Below, piece by piece: positions 1 through 13,901 of a DNA stretch of 64,000 nucleotides. The DNA comes from Chiloscyllium plagiosum (taxonomy: Eukaryota). The notes below the pieces were generated by a model. It worked only from the letters and a program-made list of their open reading frames with translations, was not told the origin of the DNA and did no database searches. The translations under genes and the position numbers were made by a program. The number at the start of each line of letters is the position of its first letter. Position 1 is the stretch's first letter. The stretch lies in contig NC_057749.1 of the NCBI RefSeq assembly GCF_004010195.1, positions 19,739,946 through 19,803,945 of the forward strand, in the 5' to 3' direction.

Positions 1-200
1 GAAAGCAGTGGATGCCAAAACATTTAATTTTTTCAAAAATTAGATGCAGTTCTTAGAGCTAGAGGGATCAAAGAGTGTGGGGACAAAGAGGGAACAAGAT
101 ACTGAGGAGGATAATCAGCCATGATCGTATTGAAATGGTGGTGCAGGCTCAAAGGACTGAATGGCCTGCTCCTTCTCCTATTTTATATTCTTCCATGATG
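1..200 (+). mobile_element. CR1-like LINE 3' end fragment
   Basis: ggatcaaagagt..tcagccatgatcgtattgaaatggtggtgcaggctcaaaggactgaatggcctgctccttctcctatt; the same tail recurs at ~28360-28440, ~33220-33285 and ~37000-37080. Confidence 0.7.
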
Positions 201-252
201 TTTGTTACACATCAACTTTAGTGATTGGAAAGTAGTAATCAGAAAGATTCTG

Positions 253-568
253 GGTGGCACGGTGGCGCAGTGGTTAGCGTTGCTGCCTCACAGCGCCACA
301 GACCCGGGTTCAATAACCGCCTCAGGCAACTGTCTGTGTGGAGTTCGCACATTCTCCCCGTGTCTGCGTGGGTTTCCTCCAGGTACTCCGGTTTCCTCCC
401 ACAGTACAAAAATAATGTGCAGGTTAGGTGAATTGGCCATGCTAAATTGCCCGTAGTGTTAGGTGAAGGGGTAAATGTAGGGGAATGGTTCTGGGTGGGT
501 TGCTCTTTGGAGGGTCGGTGTGGACTTGTTGGGCCGAAGGGCCTGTTTCCACACTGCAAGTAATCTAA
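253..568 (+). mobile_element. tRNA-derived V-SINE (HE1-like shark SINE)
   Basis: A-box ggtggcgcagtggttagc, B-box gggttcaat, V-domain-like gtctgtgtggagtt..ttctccccgtgtctgcgtgggtttcctcc, 3' tail gggcctgtttccacactg. Confidence 0.85.
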
Positions 569-1819
569 ATATATTTTCCAACTGGAGACTGGATTGTGAG
601 ATTTGCTCCTACAAACGGTTGTAGAAAGAGCCCATGAATTCTACTGAAAGTGAATTTGACAGTTGTACTGTTGTAAGCATGTAGAGCAGCTAGAAGAGTA
701 AGAATGGATGAGATGGATGTTAAGGGAGTGGGTACTGAATGAGAGAGAGTGGGTTTGAACTGCATGGTTCATGTGAGAACAGTAGAACAACATTGATGAG
801 CTGACACCCTTTGTAAGTTATAATGATTACCACCTTAAAGCTAGAAAGTTACTATAAGTGAACCATTCCTATATGGTCCTTTGTGTTAGCTGTGTAAGTG
901 TGTGTATGTGAGTGTATGCTTGAGTAGGTGCATGCACATACACAGATATGTAGCTGCATATACACTTGTGGGTGTGCATGTGTGTGTGTGTGCATGTAGG
1001 ATGTGTATGAATGTGCACAATTTTGAGTGTGTATAGGTACCTGTGTTTGAGTAATCATGTATGTATATATTAAGGGGAGAACTTTGCATTCCTATGCAGA
1101 AGGTTCTGATGTTTAAACATTCTTTTGGGTCATTGAATTACATTACAAATCTCAGGATGCTCCAAAGTATTTTACAACCAATGAAGAACTGATGAATGTA
1201 GCAATTGTTATAATGTAAGAAACTAAGTGAACACTACATCTACCCAGTATTCAACCATCTCTGATTGGAAGAACTAAATACTTCTGCAAAAATATCTGAC
1301 CTATTGAGTTCAGCAGAGGAGACAGTTTGGACCAAACTGTACAAGAATTAGGAATTAACACAGTTTAACCGAGAGAAAAAAAATGTTTCTGTATATAGTG
1401 CAGGTTAAAACTAACCTGTTTTAGAATATAAATATAAGACGGTCACTAATAAATCCAAAAGGATTTTAAGAAAAATGTTTTTACCCAGTCAGTGGTGAAA
1501 TTGTGGAATTTGCTGCCTCGATGAATTAGAGTCCTCATGCTTCCTGGTTTTTGGAACTGTGCAATTAGTTTTCTTGAGCTATTGTCAGCAAATGAGAGGA
1601 AGTGTTACTGTATATATTGTTCATGAAATCTATAGCATTCCAGAGGTATGGCTTAGAACCAGATCATGTTGTCTGAGCCTTGTTGGTCTATCCAACACTC
1701 AATCTCCAACCTTGGAATTGTTCCAAATGCACCACTTTGTTGTTAATTGTGAAGCAAATAACATTTAGGGCCAATGAATATTGTTTGGAAGTTCTGAGTC
1801 CTGAGAGGGCAACTGAATG

Positions 1820-2280
1820 GGAAAGAGAGAGAAACAGAAGTCAGATGAGAAACAGAAAGAAAGACAAAACATCAATTGGGAAGAAAGAGAGAAACTGAAA
1901 CTTGGGGTGGGGGATGAAAGAGCTAGAAATTGTGGGAGGCAAGAGAGCGGTAATAAAACACACGCTATAGAGGGGAAGAAGGTGAGAAACAGAAACTGGG
2001 GGAATGAAAGAGAAAGAGCGAAACAAGCTAGAGAGAGAGTAAACAAGAACCTGCAACAGACATGGAGAAGAGAAAGTGAGACAGAAACTAATGGTTAGAA
2101 TGATGAAAGAGAAATAGAAATGGAAAAGGATGGGGAGAGAAAAAGCAAGAGGGGAGGTAGGGAGAGAGGGAAAAAAAGACAAACTTGGACACACAGAAAA
2201 AAGAAAGATTAAAAACCGTGTGAGAGAGGGAAGGTGGAATAGAAACACTGGGTGTGGAGGATTGGGTGGAGAGGAAGCAA
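1820..2280 (+). repeat. Purine-rich (GA-rich) low-complexity tract
   Basis: ~450 bp dominated by A/G on the + strand. Confidence 0.8.
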
Positions 2281-3089
2281 CTTGGTGAGAGTAAACATAG
2301 TGGGGAGCAATGCAGCGTACTTTGATTAAATGGCTGCTTCTATTTGAAGAACCCTTATTCTTTTATTGCTGCATAAAGAGGAAAGAGGCTTCTTGAAAGT
2401 CTTGATAAATGTCAGAAATGTAGTTCTGGGAAGATTATCCTCTATTTAGCTTCACACCCCAGCCATCCCATAATAACCCTGACACAAAGTTGCAGGTTTG
2501 AATGCCTGTTCTCAAAATTACAACCAACGCAAAGGTTTCTGATGGTAAAGATATTAGTAAATCACTTGTTTGATCAGATGGCCCTGAAGGACTTCAGGTA
2601 TAATCATCCTGTTTTCGCCAAGTAGTTTTTAGAAAACAAGGGGTCAAGCTGAGGTCAGGTGGAGACAACGGAAATGTGACTGAATTAAATAAGTGGGCTG
2701 CACAATGAACAATGTGATGACTCGAGGAGTTAGTTACTGCAGCTTTAACTTTGTTAATTTGTGCTAAATCATAGAATGGTTACAGCTTGGGAGGAGACCA
2801 TTTAATCTTGTGTCTGTGCCAGCTCTCCAAATTAGCTCAGTGTCATTTAGCAGCCTTCTCTCCATAACCCTGCATTTACTCTCTTCCAGATAATAATCCA
2901 GTTTTCTCTTAAAGGCCTTGCTTGAACTGCCTCCCCATACTCTCAAACTGTGCAAATGTTAACCAGTCTCTTGTGTGAAAACGTTTTCCTCATGTTGTCA
3001 TTATTTCTTTTGCCAGTTATCTTAAATCTGTGCCCTCTTACTATTGATACTTACACCAGTCGGCATAGTTTCTCTACATTTACAGTCCA

Positions 3090-4221
3090 GATTGACTACA
3101 GCTCCGTTGTGAACACCATTATCCCCTGATCTCCAGACTGATCTCAGAATTCCGTGATCTTGGTCTTGGCTCTGACCTCTGGAACTGGATCCTCAGCTTT
3201 CTGACCCACACACTGCAATCAGTGAAGATAGGTAACTACACCTCCTCCACAAATGCGCTCATCACTGGAGCCCCCCAAGGATGTGTCCTCAGCCCCCTAT
3301 ACCCTGTACACCCACAACTGTGTTGTCAAATTCCAAATGGACGCCATCTATAAATTGGCTGAAGACACCATTGTAGTGGGATGGATATCTAACAATGATG
3401 TATCAAAATACAGAAGGGAGATAGATGTCTGGTGACATGGTGCAATGAGAATAACTTCTCTCTCAAAGTTGACAAAACTAAAGAACTGATCACTGACTTC
3501 AGAAAGAAAGGAGGAGAGCACACCCCCATCTACATCAATGGAACTGAGGTTGAGAGGGTGGAGAGCATCAAGTTCCTCAGATAAGCAATAACATTTCCTG
3601 GACTTCCCATGTAGGTGTGACAGTCAAGAAGGCACAACAATGCCTCGCCTTCCTCAGTTGGCTCAGGAAATTTGGCATATCTGTAAGGACCCTCACCAAC
3701 TTCTACAGTTGCACCATTGAGAACATACTGTCTGGGTACAAAACAGCCTGGTATGGCAACTGCTTTGCCCAGCACTGTAAGAAACCACAGAAGGTAGTGT
3801 GCACAGCCCAGACCACCATGGTAGCCAACCTTCCATCCATGGACTCCATTTACATGGCTTGCTGCCGGGACACGCTGTCATCATCAAAGACCCATTGGAC
3901 CCTGTAATGATCTCCTGCAACCTCTTCCATCAGGCAAACGATACAGAAGCCTGAACACATGCAGCAACAGGTTTAGGAAAGCTTCTTCCCAGCTGTAATT
4001 AGACTGATGAATGGACTCCCTAGCCTCAAATAATGCTGATCTTGCTAATACTGATCTTGCCTCGCACATGCTCTCTGCATTGTAACCTGTGTGCCTCTGT
4101 CTAAGTCTTTTTGATCTGTACATCTTCGCTTCCTATGATCTGCTTGATACTGCTCATAAACAAAGCTTTTCACTTACTTCAGTGTACATGACAATAAAAC
4201 AATCAATCAATCAATTAATCA
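3090..4221 (+). mobile_element. 5'-truncated Rex1/Babar-type non-LTR retrotransposon (RT C-terminal half, decayed)
   Basis: DYSS..NTIIP-like start, KLAEDTIVVGWIS, TNFYSCTIENILSGYKTAWYGNC; ends with aataaa and an (AATC)n tail. Confidence 0.8.
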
Positions 4222-5108
4222 GACCCATCATGATTTAGAATACTTCCATCAAATCTCTTCACCTTTTGTGCTCCGAGGAAAACAACCTCTTTTCTTGCTA
4301 AATTATTCACAGAACAGAAACTTAGGGGAAATGGTGGTAAATTGGTCATGTCACTGGACTGTTAATCCAGAACCCCAGGTCAATGTTTCTGAGGACATGT
4401 CTTCAAATACCCCAGCAGCAAGTGGTGACATTTGAACTCAGTAAAGGATGTCTGGAATAAAAAATTAGTTTATTGATGACAAAACACAACTGATTTACTA
4501 ATGTTCTTTAGGGAAGGAAATCTACCATTCTCACCTGGTCTGGCCGACATGTGACTCTATATCCAGAGTAATGTGTTTGACTCTTAACTGCCCTTTGGGC
4601 AATTAGGGAAGGGCAATATGGCTGGCCAGGGATGTGCCCACATCCCATGAAGGAATTTTTAAAAAACTCCAAACCTTGGAACTATTCTTATTAATCTTTT
4701 CTGCAAAAACTCTAATGCCTTCACATCCCTCTTAAAGTGTGGTATCCAGAACTGAACATACTTCTCAATCTCAACTGGATTATTATTTTACACATGTTCA
4801 ACATAAGTCCTTGCACTTGTACATTATAGCTCTCTTCAGAAAGCTGTGATATTATATATTTTATTAATGCCTCTCTCAATCAGTTCTGCCCCTTTCAATG
4901 ACTAAATATGCGTGTTCACCCATGTCCCTCAGCTTCTGCAAACCATTTGGAGTTGTATCCTTAATTTTATACTTTCTCTGTGGTCAGAATCTTATTTGTA
5001 CTAATTCAGGACTAAGTACTGAGCAAGAGTGTTCCCAGGAGAGTAACCTGTGACCTGTTAATTTGAGAAAACCCTCTGGGTCTTCTGGTAATCAGATAGC
5101 TGATATAA

Positions 5109-5460
5109 TCATAGAACCCCTTAAGTGTGGAAGCAGTCTATTCAGCCCATCAAGTCCACACTGACTCTCCAAAGAGCATTCCACCCAGACACATTCCTAT
5201 ACCCTATCCCTGTAACACAGAATTTCCCAATGCTAATCCACCTAGCCAACACATCCCTGGACTCTATGGGTAATTTAGCATCGCCAAACCGCCTAACCTG
5301 CATATGTTTGGATTGTGGGGGGAAACTGGAGCACCTGGAGGAAGCCCCAGCTGACACGGGGAGAATGTTCAAATTCCACACAGAGAGTTGTCAGTGGCTG
5401 GAATCAAACCCAGGTCCTTGGCATTGTGATGCAGCATTGCTGACCATTGAGTCACTATGT
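5109..5460 (-). mobile_element. V-SINE (HE1-like), reverse strand
   Basis: Reverse complement of the SINE at 253-568. Confidence 0.8.
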
Positions 5461-5842
5461 GGCCTCCAGTTTACCTGCTGGAATCGGTACTGGGGGATAT
5501 GGGCTGGGTGCTGGCAGGTGGGACTAGATTGGATTGGGATATTTGGTCGGCATGGACGGGTTGGATCGAAGGGTCTGTTTCCATGCTGTACATGGTATTA
5601 CACCCCTTTTTTGGGAAAATTAGAATAGGAGGAAGGTCGGTGTTGTGTCGGGGAGGGTGATGATATCTGGGGCTGGGACACAGGAATGGATGGGAGAGTT
5701 TTGAAAGGAAAGAGTGGTGAGTCTCTCAGGTGCCACTCCTTTTTCATTCAACCTGCTCTTGGGTCTATGCCAATTTATAGCAGATCAAGCTGCACCTCCC
5801 CACAAGCTGACAGTCTGCCAGCATTGAATTACCATTTGGAAA

Positions 5843-6416
5843 AGATTAGAGTGGCGCTGGAAAAGCACAGCATATCAGGCAGCATCCGAGAAGCAGGAAA
5901 ATTGACATTTCGGGCAAAAGCCCTTAATCAGGAATGGGTCTGGGAGCCTCGGGGGTGGAGAGATAACTGGGGTGGGGCTGGAAGGGGAGGTAGCTGAGAG
6001 TGCAATAAGTGGATGGAGGGGTTGGTAAAGGTGACGAAGAGGAGGGTGGAGCAGATAGGTGGGAAGGACGATTGACAGGTGGAACAGTTCATGCGGACGG
6101 TGCTGAGCTGGAAGGTTGGAACTGTAGTAAGGTGGGGGGAGAGGAAATGAGGAAACTGGTGAAGTCCACATTGATGCCATGGGTCCCAAGGTGGAAGATG
6201 AGGCGTTCTTCCCCCAGGCATCGGGTGGTGAGGGAGTGGCGATGGAGGAGCCTCAGGACCTGCATGTCCTCGGCAGAGTGGGTGGAGGAGCTGAAAGTTT
6301 GGCCATGGGGTGGTGGAGTTGATTAATGCAGGTGTCCTGGAGATGTTCTCTGAAGCGCTCTGCAAGAAGGTGTCCAGTCTCTCCAGTGTAGAGGAGACCG
6401 CATCGGGAGCAACAGA
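5843..6416 (-). mobile_element. Penelope-like element 3' fragment (GIY-YIG C-terminus + pLTR with degenerate hammerhead core)
   Basis: Minus strand encodes an EERLIFHLGTHGINVDF-like C-terminus; terminal cctgattaagggcttttgcccgaaatgtc at ~5904-5932. Confidence 0.75.
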
Positions 6417-6580
6417 TGTGCCTTCCATATCCATCAAAGTTTCAGCTTAGACAATGCATTAAAGGTGTGAGATTAGAATCTGTCTGTATTCCAACCTGGA
6501 GTCAGACTGGTTTTATTTCCAAAGTAGGAATTTATAAAATGTCACATTGACTGCCTAAAGGTTGTGTGCTTTTAGAACAA

Positions 6581-6868
6581 GATAAGATTAGGTTCCCTAC
6601 AGTGTGGAAACGGGCCATTCGGCCCAACAAGTCCACGCCGACCCTCCAAGGAGTGGCCCACCCAGTCCTCTTTCCATCTGACTAATGCACCTAATACTAC
6701 AAGCAATTTAGCATGGCCAAAGTCTTTGGACTTTGGGAGGAAACTGGAGTACACTGAGGAAACTCACGCAGACATGGAGAGAATGTGCAAACTCCACAAA
6801 CAGTCGCCCGAGGCCAGAATCAAACCTGGGTCCCTGGTGCTGTGAGGCAGCAGTGCTAACTGAGCCAT
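6581..6868 (-). mobile_element. V-SINE (HE1-like), reverse strand, internally deleted
   Basis: Homologous to 253-568 in reverse orientation. Confidence 0.8.
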
Positions 6869-6899
6869 CTTCAAATACAAATCTGCAAATGCACATTCA

Positions 6900-9260
6900 C
6901 TCCATAGACGTCTGTCTGTGTGTGTGTGTGTGCGCGCGCGCGCTTTATAGAGTGTGTTTGCAAGCATGACGGAGTATATGCCTGTGAGAGGGTGTGCGTG
7001 TGTGTGTGTGGATGTGAGAGCATGTGTATGAGACAGGGTTTGTGTAAGAGTGTGTATAGTGTTGTGGGTCACCTGTAGTGTGATGTGAACCCAAGATTCC
7101 GGTTGAGGCCATCCTCATGGGGACCAAACTTGGTTATCAACATTAGCTCGGTGACTCTGTGGTGTTGCATGTCCTGAAGTCCACCTTGGAGGACGTTCAC
7201 CCGAAGATCTGAGGTCAGATGTCCTTGACCACTGAAGTGCTTCCTCACTGGGAGGGTACAGCCCTGACTGACGATTGTTGCACCGGGCGCATTCATCGTT
7301 ATTGTAGCGTCTGCTTGATCTTGCCCATATACCATGCCTCGGGGCTTCCTTGCCTGCAGCTTTTGAGATAGACAACATTGGCTGAGTCACATGAGCACCT
7401 GCTGTGCACATCGTGGGTGGTGTCCCCATGTGTAATGGTAGTATCTATGTTGACACTCTGACATGTCGTGCCGTGGTTGTGTGGTGTTGTGGTTGATGTT
7501 GTCCTGAAGACTGGGCCGTTTGTTGCGAACAATTGTCTGTGGCGAAGGGTACCCTATCGGTCATAGCCTGTCTGTCTCCTGAAGAGATCATTATGGTTTC
7601 TCGCTGTGGCAAGTTGGAACTGGTGATCAATGAGTTGAGCATCGTATCCCGTTCTTATGAGGGCCCCCTTCAGATCTCCATCGCAATCTTCCTCAACTGA
7701 ACTGATCCTGTGTTTGCATAAGGCTTGTCTGTAGGGGATGACTGTTTTAATATGTTTCAGTGGAAGCTATAGTAGTGCAGCATTGTGAGGTTATCCATGG
7801 TCTTGCAGAAGGGTAAGATACTGAGGTGTCCGTCCTTGATGGAGATGCGTGTATCCAAAAATGAGACTGATTTGAGATTGAGAATGAGAACGGGATACGA
7901 TGCTCAACTCATCGATCGCCAGTTCCGACATCCCATGGTAAATCTGATGCTGAGATGAAACTTGTTGAGGTCACTATGTAATTGTTTCAGTGACTCCTTG
8001 CCATGGATCCAGAAGAAGAAAATGTCGTCAATGTATCTGGTGTATCGTGTTGGTCGGAGGTCCTGTGCAGCAAAGAATTCTTGTTTGAACTTGTGAATGA
8101 AAATGTTGGCAAATTGGGGTCCAAGTTTGGTCACTATGGTTGTTCTGTGTGTCTGGATAATGAAGTGATTGTCAAAAGTGAAGACGTTGTGGTCGAGGAT
8201 GAAGCAGATGAGTTGTTGGATGATGTCTGGACATTCGCAGTTGTTGGTATTGAGTACTGAGGTTGTTGCAGTGATGGCATCGTTATGGGGATGCTGATGT
8301 ATAGTGCCGAAACATCCATTGTAACGAGAAATGTTCCTGGTTCGACTGGTCCATGGGTGCTTAGATTCTGTAAGAAATCTGTAGTGTCGTGACAGAAGCT
8401 GGAAGCCCTCTGTACAACGAGTTTCAAGATGCCCTCGACATCGAGCCAAAGAGGTTCTCACACAGGGTCCCGTTGCCTGATGCAATAGGATGTCCAGGTG
8501 TGTTGGCTTTGTATATATTTGGAAGGCAGTAGAAGTCCCCTATGCAAGAAGTGTGCAGGATGAAAATGTGTAGGGTACTCTGAAGGTCTGGATCAAAAGT
8601 GTTGCTTGATCTGTTTAGGTCACAGGTATGTTCTTTGGTCAGATCGGCAAGTAGTTGCCTGTTCTAGGTTGTTCAGTTGTCGGTACACTTCTTTGCAGGC
8701 GTTTGTTCTATTCTGTATGACTATGGCTCCTCCTTTGTCTGCTGGTTTGTTGACAGTGTTGTGATTGGTCTTGAGAGCTTGAATGGCGTTGCATTGTGCT
8801 CAGTGATATTTTGCTCCACCTTGTGAGTGTGGCTGAGAAATTTGGCTTTCACATATTTCCTGACAGTTTGAGCATCTATATAAGCCCAGGACAATGGCCC
8901 TCTGGAGGGTTTCCTTTGGTTGCTCCATTGCAGATCTCTCTGTCAATTGTTCCGTTTTGTCAGTTGTCTAATTGGACTCGCTGCTGACATCTTGGAAGAA
9001 TTCCCAGAGTCTCATTCGCATGATGAATTCCTCTGTGCCTGCCGCAAGACCAGTGGAGTCCATTTTGGTGGTGAGGCAGAGTTGAGCCATTGGCTGAGAA
9101 CTTTGATCTCATCCAGTTGAAGGGTATGGTCCAATAAGTTGACAATCGATTTCCCTGTGGTGGTGCCATTTTCAACTGTGGTGCCAGGGGAGGCTTCGCT
9201 ACTGCTGGTGGTTATGCCAAGTTTCTTTAGCTTCTTGTTCTTGATGTGCAAAGGACACAC
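6900..9260 (-). mobile_element. Penelope-like element (RT + GIY-YIG), decayed
   Basis: TMDVSALY, FILDHNVFTF, RYIDDIFFFW (PLE-type RT), SCDSANVVYL..WYMGK (GIY-YIG), then a (CA)-rich tail. Confidence 0.88.
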
Positions 9261-11730
9261 CCGTGAACTAAACAGATTGATCAAGACTTTTGATTCAGTC
9301 TTTCAGAGTACCCTGCGTATTCTCATCTCGTGTAATTCTCACGTAGGGGACTTCTACTTCCTTCTGAAGGTACACAAAGCCAACACACCTGGACATCCCA
9401 TCATCTCGGGCAGTGGGACTCTGTGTGAGAACCTTTCTGGCTATGCCAGGGTGTGGCAATGCTGCTCCTTTAACAAAGTTGTTCTGTCCTTATTTTTTTT
9501 TCAGAGGGATTGTAATGGCAGAGGTTCTGAAAAGCCTGGAAATATCTACTTGAAAAAGCACTTAATTGCTTTTATTTAAAATACTTGTACAATGAAAGGG
9601 GAGTGGCCATTTTTCCCAGATCAGGGTTTGGTTTGGTTTGGTTTTAGCAGTCTGGTGGGGTTTTGTTTGCAGCTTCTGGTCAAGTTTAGCTGTGAACCCA
9701 GAGAAGCTGCTGGACCCAAAGTGGTTCCATGCTGATCCTCTCCCTCTCTGACATCTCTCCTGTACGAATCTGTGTTTGGTTTTACCTTTTTTAGCCAAGG
9801 GAATGTTTATGGGGATATTGCAAGTATTTGGAACAGCATTGTTAAATTGCAATAGAGTCGATTGGGTTTTCAGTTAGGTTGTTATTCTAAATTCAGTTCT
9901 CCTTTGTATGTGTTTCATTCAGTGGTCTGTAAATAAACTTAGTTTTGTTTAAAACTGTACAGTTGGGTCAGCTGTATTACTCCTGGAATATTCACTTTAC
10001 ACCTGATTAAAACAACCAGAAAAGTTAGGGTCCGGGCTATCTTCTTGAAATATTTTGACGTGTCTGGTCTGGTCCATAACAGAGGGCATATTGAAGCTCA
10101 TTCTTCAGGGATCCCCTCAGCTTCTGTTGTGACACCACAGATTTCTTACAGAAACTCAGCACCCATGGACCAGTTGAACTAATGAACATTTCGGCACTTT
10201 ATACCAGCATCCCCCACGAAGACAGCATCGCGGCAACAGCCTTTGCACTCAATACCAACAACTGCCAATCTCTAGACACCATCCAACAACTCATTTGCTT
10301 CATCCTCGACCACCGTGTCTTCACCTTCTACAACCAGTTCATTATCCAGACACCCGGAACAGCCATGGAAACCAAATTTTCACCCCAGTAGGCCAACATT
10401 TTCATGCACAAATTCAAACAAGACTTGTTTGCTGCACCGGGCCTCCGACTAACACAATACTCCAGATATATTGGCAACATTTCTTCCTTTGGAACCATAG
10501 CGGGGAGTCACTGAAACAATTTCATAGTGATATCAACAAGTTCATCCCACCATCAGACTTACCATGGCATACTATTTAGAATCAGTCTCATTTTTGGACA
10601 CATACATCTCCATCAAAGATGGGCACCTCAATACCTCACTCTACAGCAAGCCTATGGATAACCTCACAACTTTGCACTTCTCTAGTTTCCATCCTAAACA
10701 TATTGAAACAGCCATCCCCAATGGACAAGGCCTACGCATACACAGGATCTGTTCAGATGAGGAGGAACGCAACAAAAACCTGAAGGTGCTGAAGGACACC
10801 CTCATAAGAATGAGCTACAATGCCCAATTCATTGATCGCCAGTCATCGTAATGACCTCCACAGGAGATGGACAGAGGATACACCTGAAAGGCTACCCCTC
10901 TTTGCTCCACTTTCCAGGCGTGGAGAAACGACACCTCATTCTTCACAGCCTACATCCACATTATTGATGAGAATGAGCACCTTACCAAGATCTTCCCTAT
11001 GCCTCCATGTCACGCCTTTAAACAACCGCCAAATCTTAAACAGACCATTGTTCGCAGCAAACTACTCAGTCTTCAGGACAAAATTGGCCACAACACCACA
11101 CAACCCTGTCATGGCAAACACTGCAAGACATATCTGAGTGTCAACACGGATACTACCATTACATGCGGGGACACCACCCACCACGTGCGTGGTAGGTAAT
11201 CATGTAACTCGGCCAACATTGTCTATCTCAAATGCTACAGGTAAGGATGCCCCAAGGCATGGTATATGACAATGGATGAATGGACACCATGCAACAATCG
11301 CCAAGAGGGATATTCCCTCCTAGTGAGGGAACACTTCAGCAGTCAAGGACATTCAGCCTCGGAGCTTCAGGTGAATGTCCTCCAAAGCAGACTTGGGAAC
11401 ACACTGACCAGATGCTGATAGCCATGTTCGGTACCAAGTACAGTCTCAACTGGGATCTTGGGTTCATGTTACATTACAGGTGGCCCCACTACACTATACA
11501 CTCTCACACATATACTTGCACATATTCACAAACACACTCACACAGACATATACTGTGTAACACTTGTGCACACGATCTATTAAGCGTGCGCGCGCACACA
11601 CACACACTCTTGCACTCTTTCACACGCACATGTCTCTAGCACACACACATTCACAGACTCCCTCCCACACATGCACTCTCTCTCTCTCTATCTTTCTCTC
11701 TCTCTCTCCCTGACACACACACACACAAAC
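9261..11730 (+). mobile_element. Second Penelope-like copy of the same family, opposite orientation, interrupted by a solo LTR
   Basis: GDFYFLLKVHKANTPGHPIISGSGTLCENLSGYA|EGILK..., MNISALYTSIPH, GTAMETKF, SVSFLDT, FKQPPNLKQTIVRSK; ends in CA/CT microsatellites. Confidence 0.88.
9452..10081 (+). mobile_element. Solo LTR inserted in the Penelope ORF
   Basis: Begins TGTGG, ends ATAACA, internal aataaa (~9932); flanked by (c)aggg / gaggg; the Penelope reading frame resumes after it. Confidence 0.7.
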
Positions 11731-12264
11731 AAAAGCTCTTTAAGTAATGTAGATCTTAAAGGTGTTTTAAAGGATGAGAAAGAAGTGTAGAAGTTCAGGG
11801 AAAGAATTCTAGAACATAAAATCCAGACAGCTGAAGGTGTACCCAACACCTGTGCAGAGTGAGAAATCTTGTAGCATCACCATAACCCACCTCCTCCTTC
11901 TGCAGGTGCAATTCCCCTACAGGTCATTGTTAATTATTGTGTTAGCTTTTAGTTATGCTTGCAAAGGTACTGCAGTGATTTGCTGTTACCTTCTGCAGGT
12001 TGCTCACATGGCTGACCAGGAATTTCTCCTATTCTTACTGCTTGCCATCGGAATGTTAGAAGGATTTAAAAGTTGAGGCTCAACCTGTTTGGCTGTGTTC
12101 TGAATGTACCTTCTTTGTGCATCAAGTCCTGGATTGGGATTTGAATTCAGAGATTTTGGTTCAGAGGCAGGGGTGCTATCCATTGTACCACACAATGTCC
12201 TCTCATTATTATTATGTAACTATTATTACTGTACAGCCATTCATCACTTTCTTTTTTCCTTTAG

Positions 12265-12397
12265 ACATATATCAAGAGTCAAGACAAGGACTTTGTAGCT
12301 GCTACTATACAGGCTATTGGCCGATGTGCTACCAACATTGATGAGGTCCGTGACACTTGCCTGAATGGATTGGTTCAACTGTTGTCCAATAGAGATG
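12265..12397 (+). CDS. AP3B2: AP-3 beta-2 internal exon (trunk): [44 protein letters not shown]
   Basis: Pyrimidine tract + ttag acceptor (12261-12264), G|gtgagg donor; 133 nt, phase 0->1; peptide recognisable as beta3-adaptin trunk. Confidence 0.95.
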
Positions 12398-13360
12398 GTG
12401 AGGCCCAAGCAACAAACAGCCAACAGCAAATACTGAAAGCTGGTAGAAAAATATTTAGTGTGCGACACTTGGTTTAAAATGCATGCCTTGTGCATCAATG
12501 ACAAAACACAAGAGTAGAATATAGTAGCAATCACGATACAGATCCTTTGACAGATTTATTCTACTTGCAATCCCATTTCAGTCTGTATTTCTCTACCCAT
12601 TAAGTCCCAATGCCATCCCAATGATTCACTGATCAAATCAAGCATCATGTTGTTTGCAATGTCACTGATGCTACTCAACCAGCCTGCACTTGCAAAACCC
12701 AACACAAATTATTTGTAATTGGACAGCATTTATTCAACAATCCTGATATGCTAATAGTTGCATGAATAACTATGTTAAGATTATTAGAGGAGCTTGTAAT
12801 ACGACATACTCTCATAAGCAGAGGTGTGTTCCCTGAAAACAAAAGGAATATGTTCAAGCCGCGTTCCTTGTTTGAATTACAGGGGAGCTTGGGAAACCTG
12901 TAGTTCTTGGTTGCTTTCTCCATGGCAATGCCAGAGTCTAATCAAATTCAAATTGCCAACCGATTAGCATCTTTTTTTTCCTGTAGCATAGATTATGATC
13001 ATTTAGAATTTGGCATACTTGCATATGGCTTGATAAGTGCAAGACAGAAAACTTCAACAACATATCTGTTATTTCAGTATTATTCATTAACACATATTCC
13101 GCCATCCTGCAATGTCATCACATGTTTCCTAAGTGTGCAATCTCTCAGTCCTGTCATCCCAATTTGCAGTTCCTCTATTTTCTGTTGCTCAGGACATATC
13201 TGTTCAATGAAGGGCTGTATCATCCTGTTCTGTCCTCACTACCACCATCTCCTCTCCCACTCACTCACATGCTTACATTATTTGTCCTATGGTACTGAAG
13301 GAAGATGGGGCTATTGACTAGAGTTGTGCTGTTTTAATCACAACTTACATTGTATTGCAG

Positions 13361-13470
13361 AGTTGGTGGTTGCTGAATCTGTGGTCGTCATTAAGAAGCT
13401 GTTGCAGATGCAACCATCGCAACATAGTGACATCATCCGACATATGGCAAAACTCATTGACAACATCATG
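13361..13470 (+). CDS. AP3B2: AP-3 beta-2 internal exon: (E)[36 protein letters not shown]
   Basis: tgcag acceptor, ATG|gtgagt donor; 110 nt, phase 1->0; G+AG restores Glu across the junction. Confidence 0.95.
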
Positions 13471-13901
13471 GTGAGTGTCAGGGTAGGATACGAGGATGTT
13501 GACTCTTTTACTTTTTAAAAAATTATTCATTTCAGAATGTAGATCTTCGCTGGTTAGGACAGCATTTACTACAATTCCTAATTGCCCTTGAGATGGTGGC
13601 AGTACTCCAGGAATCTATTTGATGCGGGAACATACACCCGGCTGTTAGGGAGGGGTTCCAGACCTTTGGCCAAGAAACACTGAAAGAAAGTTGATATATT
13701 TCTAAGTCAGTATTGTGAGTGGCTTAGAGAATAATTTTCAGGGAGTGGTTTTTCTATATATCTGCTGCCCTTGTCCTTCTAGGTCATAGTGATTTTGTGT
13801 TTGGAATGCCTAAGTGAATCTCTTAGACTGCTTCCCCTGAAATAATCCCCAGAACCTTACATTTATGACCACGTCGATCTTTCATTGCTCCATGTACAAA
13901 T

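Noticed and set aside
253..330. tRNA gene
   Set aside because: A/B boxes belong to the SINE head, which continues into V-domain and LINE-derived tail and occurs in many copies.
1765..2248. Overlapping ORFs of 93-135 aa (K/E/R-rich or F/L/S-rich)
   Set aside because: By-products of the GA-rich low-complexity tract; no splice-compatible link to AP3B2.
1..12264. Search for the preceding AP3B2 exon (expected to end ...LREFQ)
   Set aside because: No convincing match seen; probably upstream of the window.
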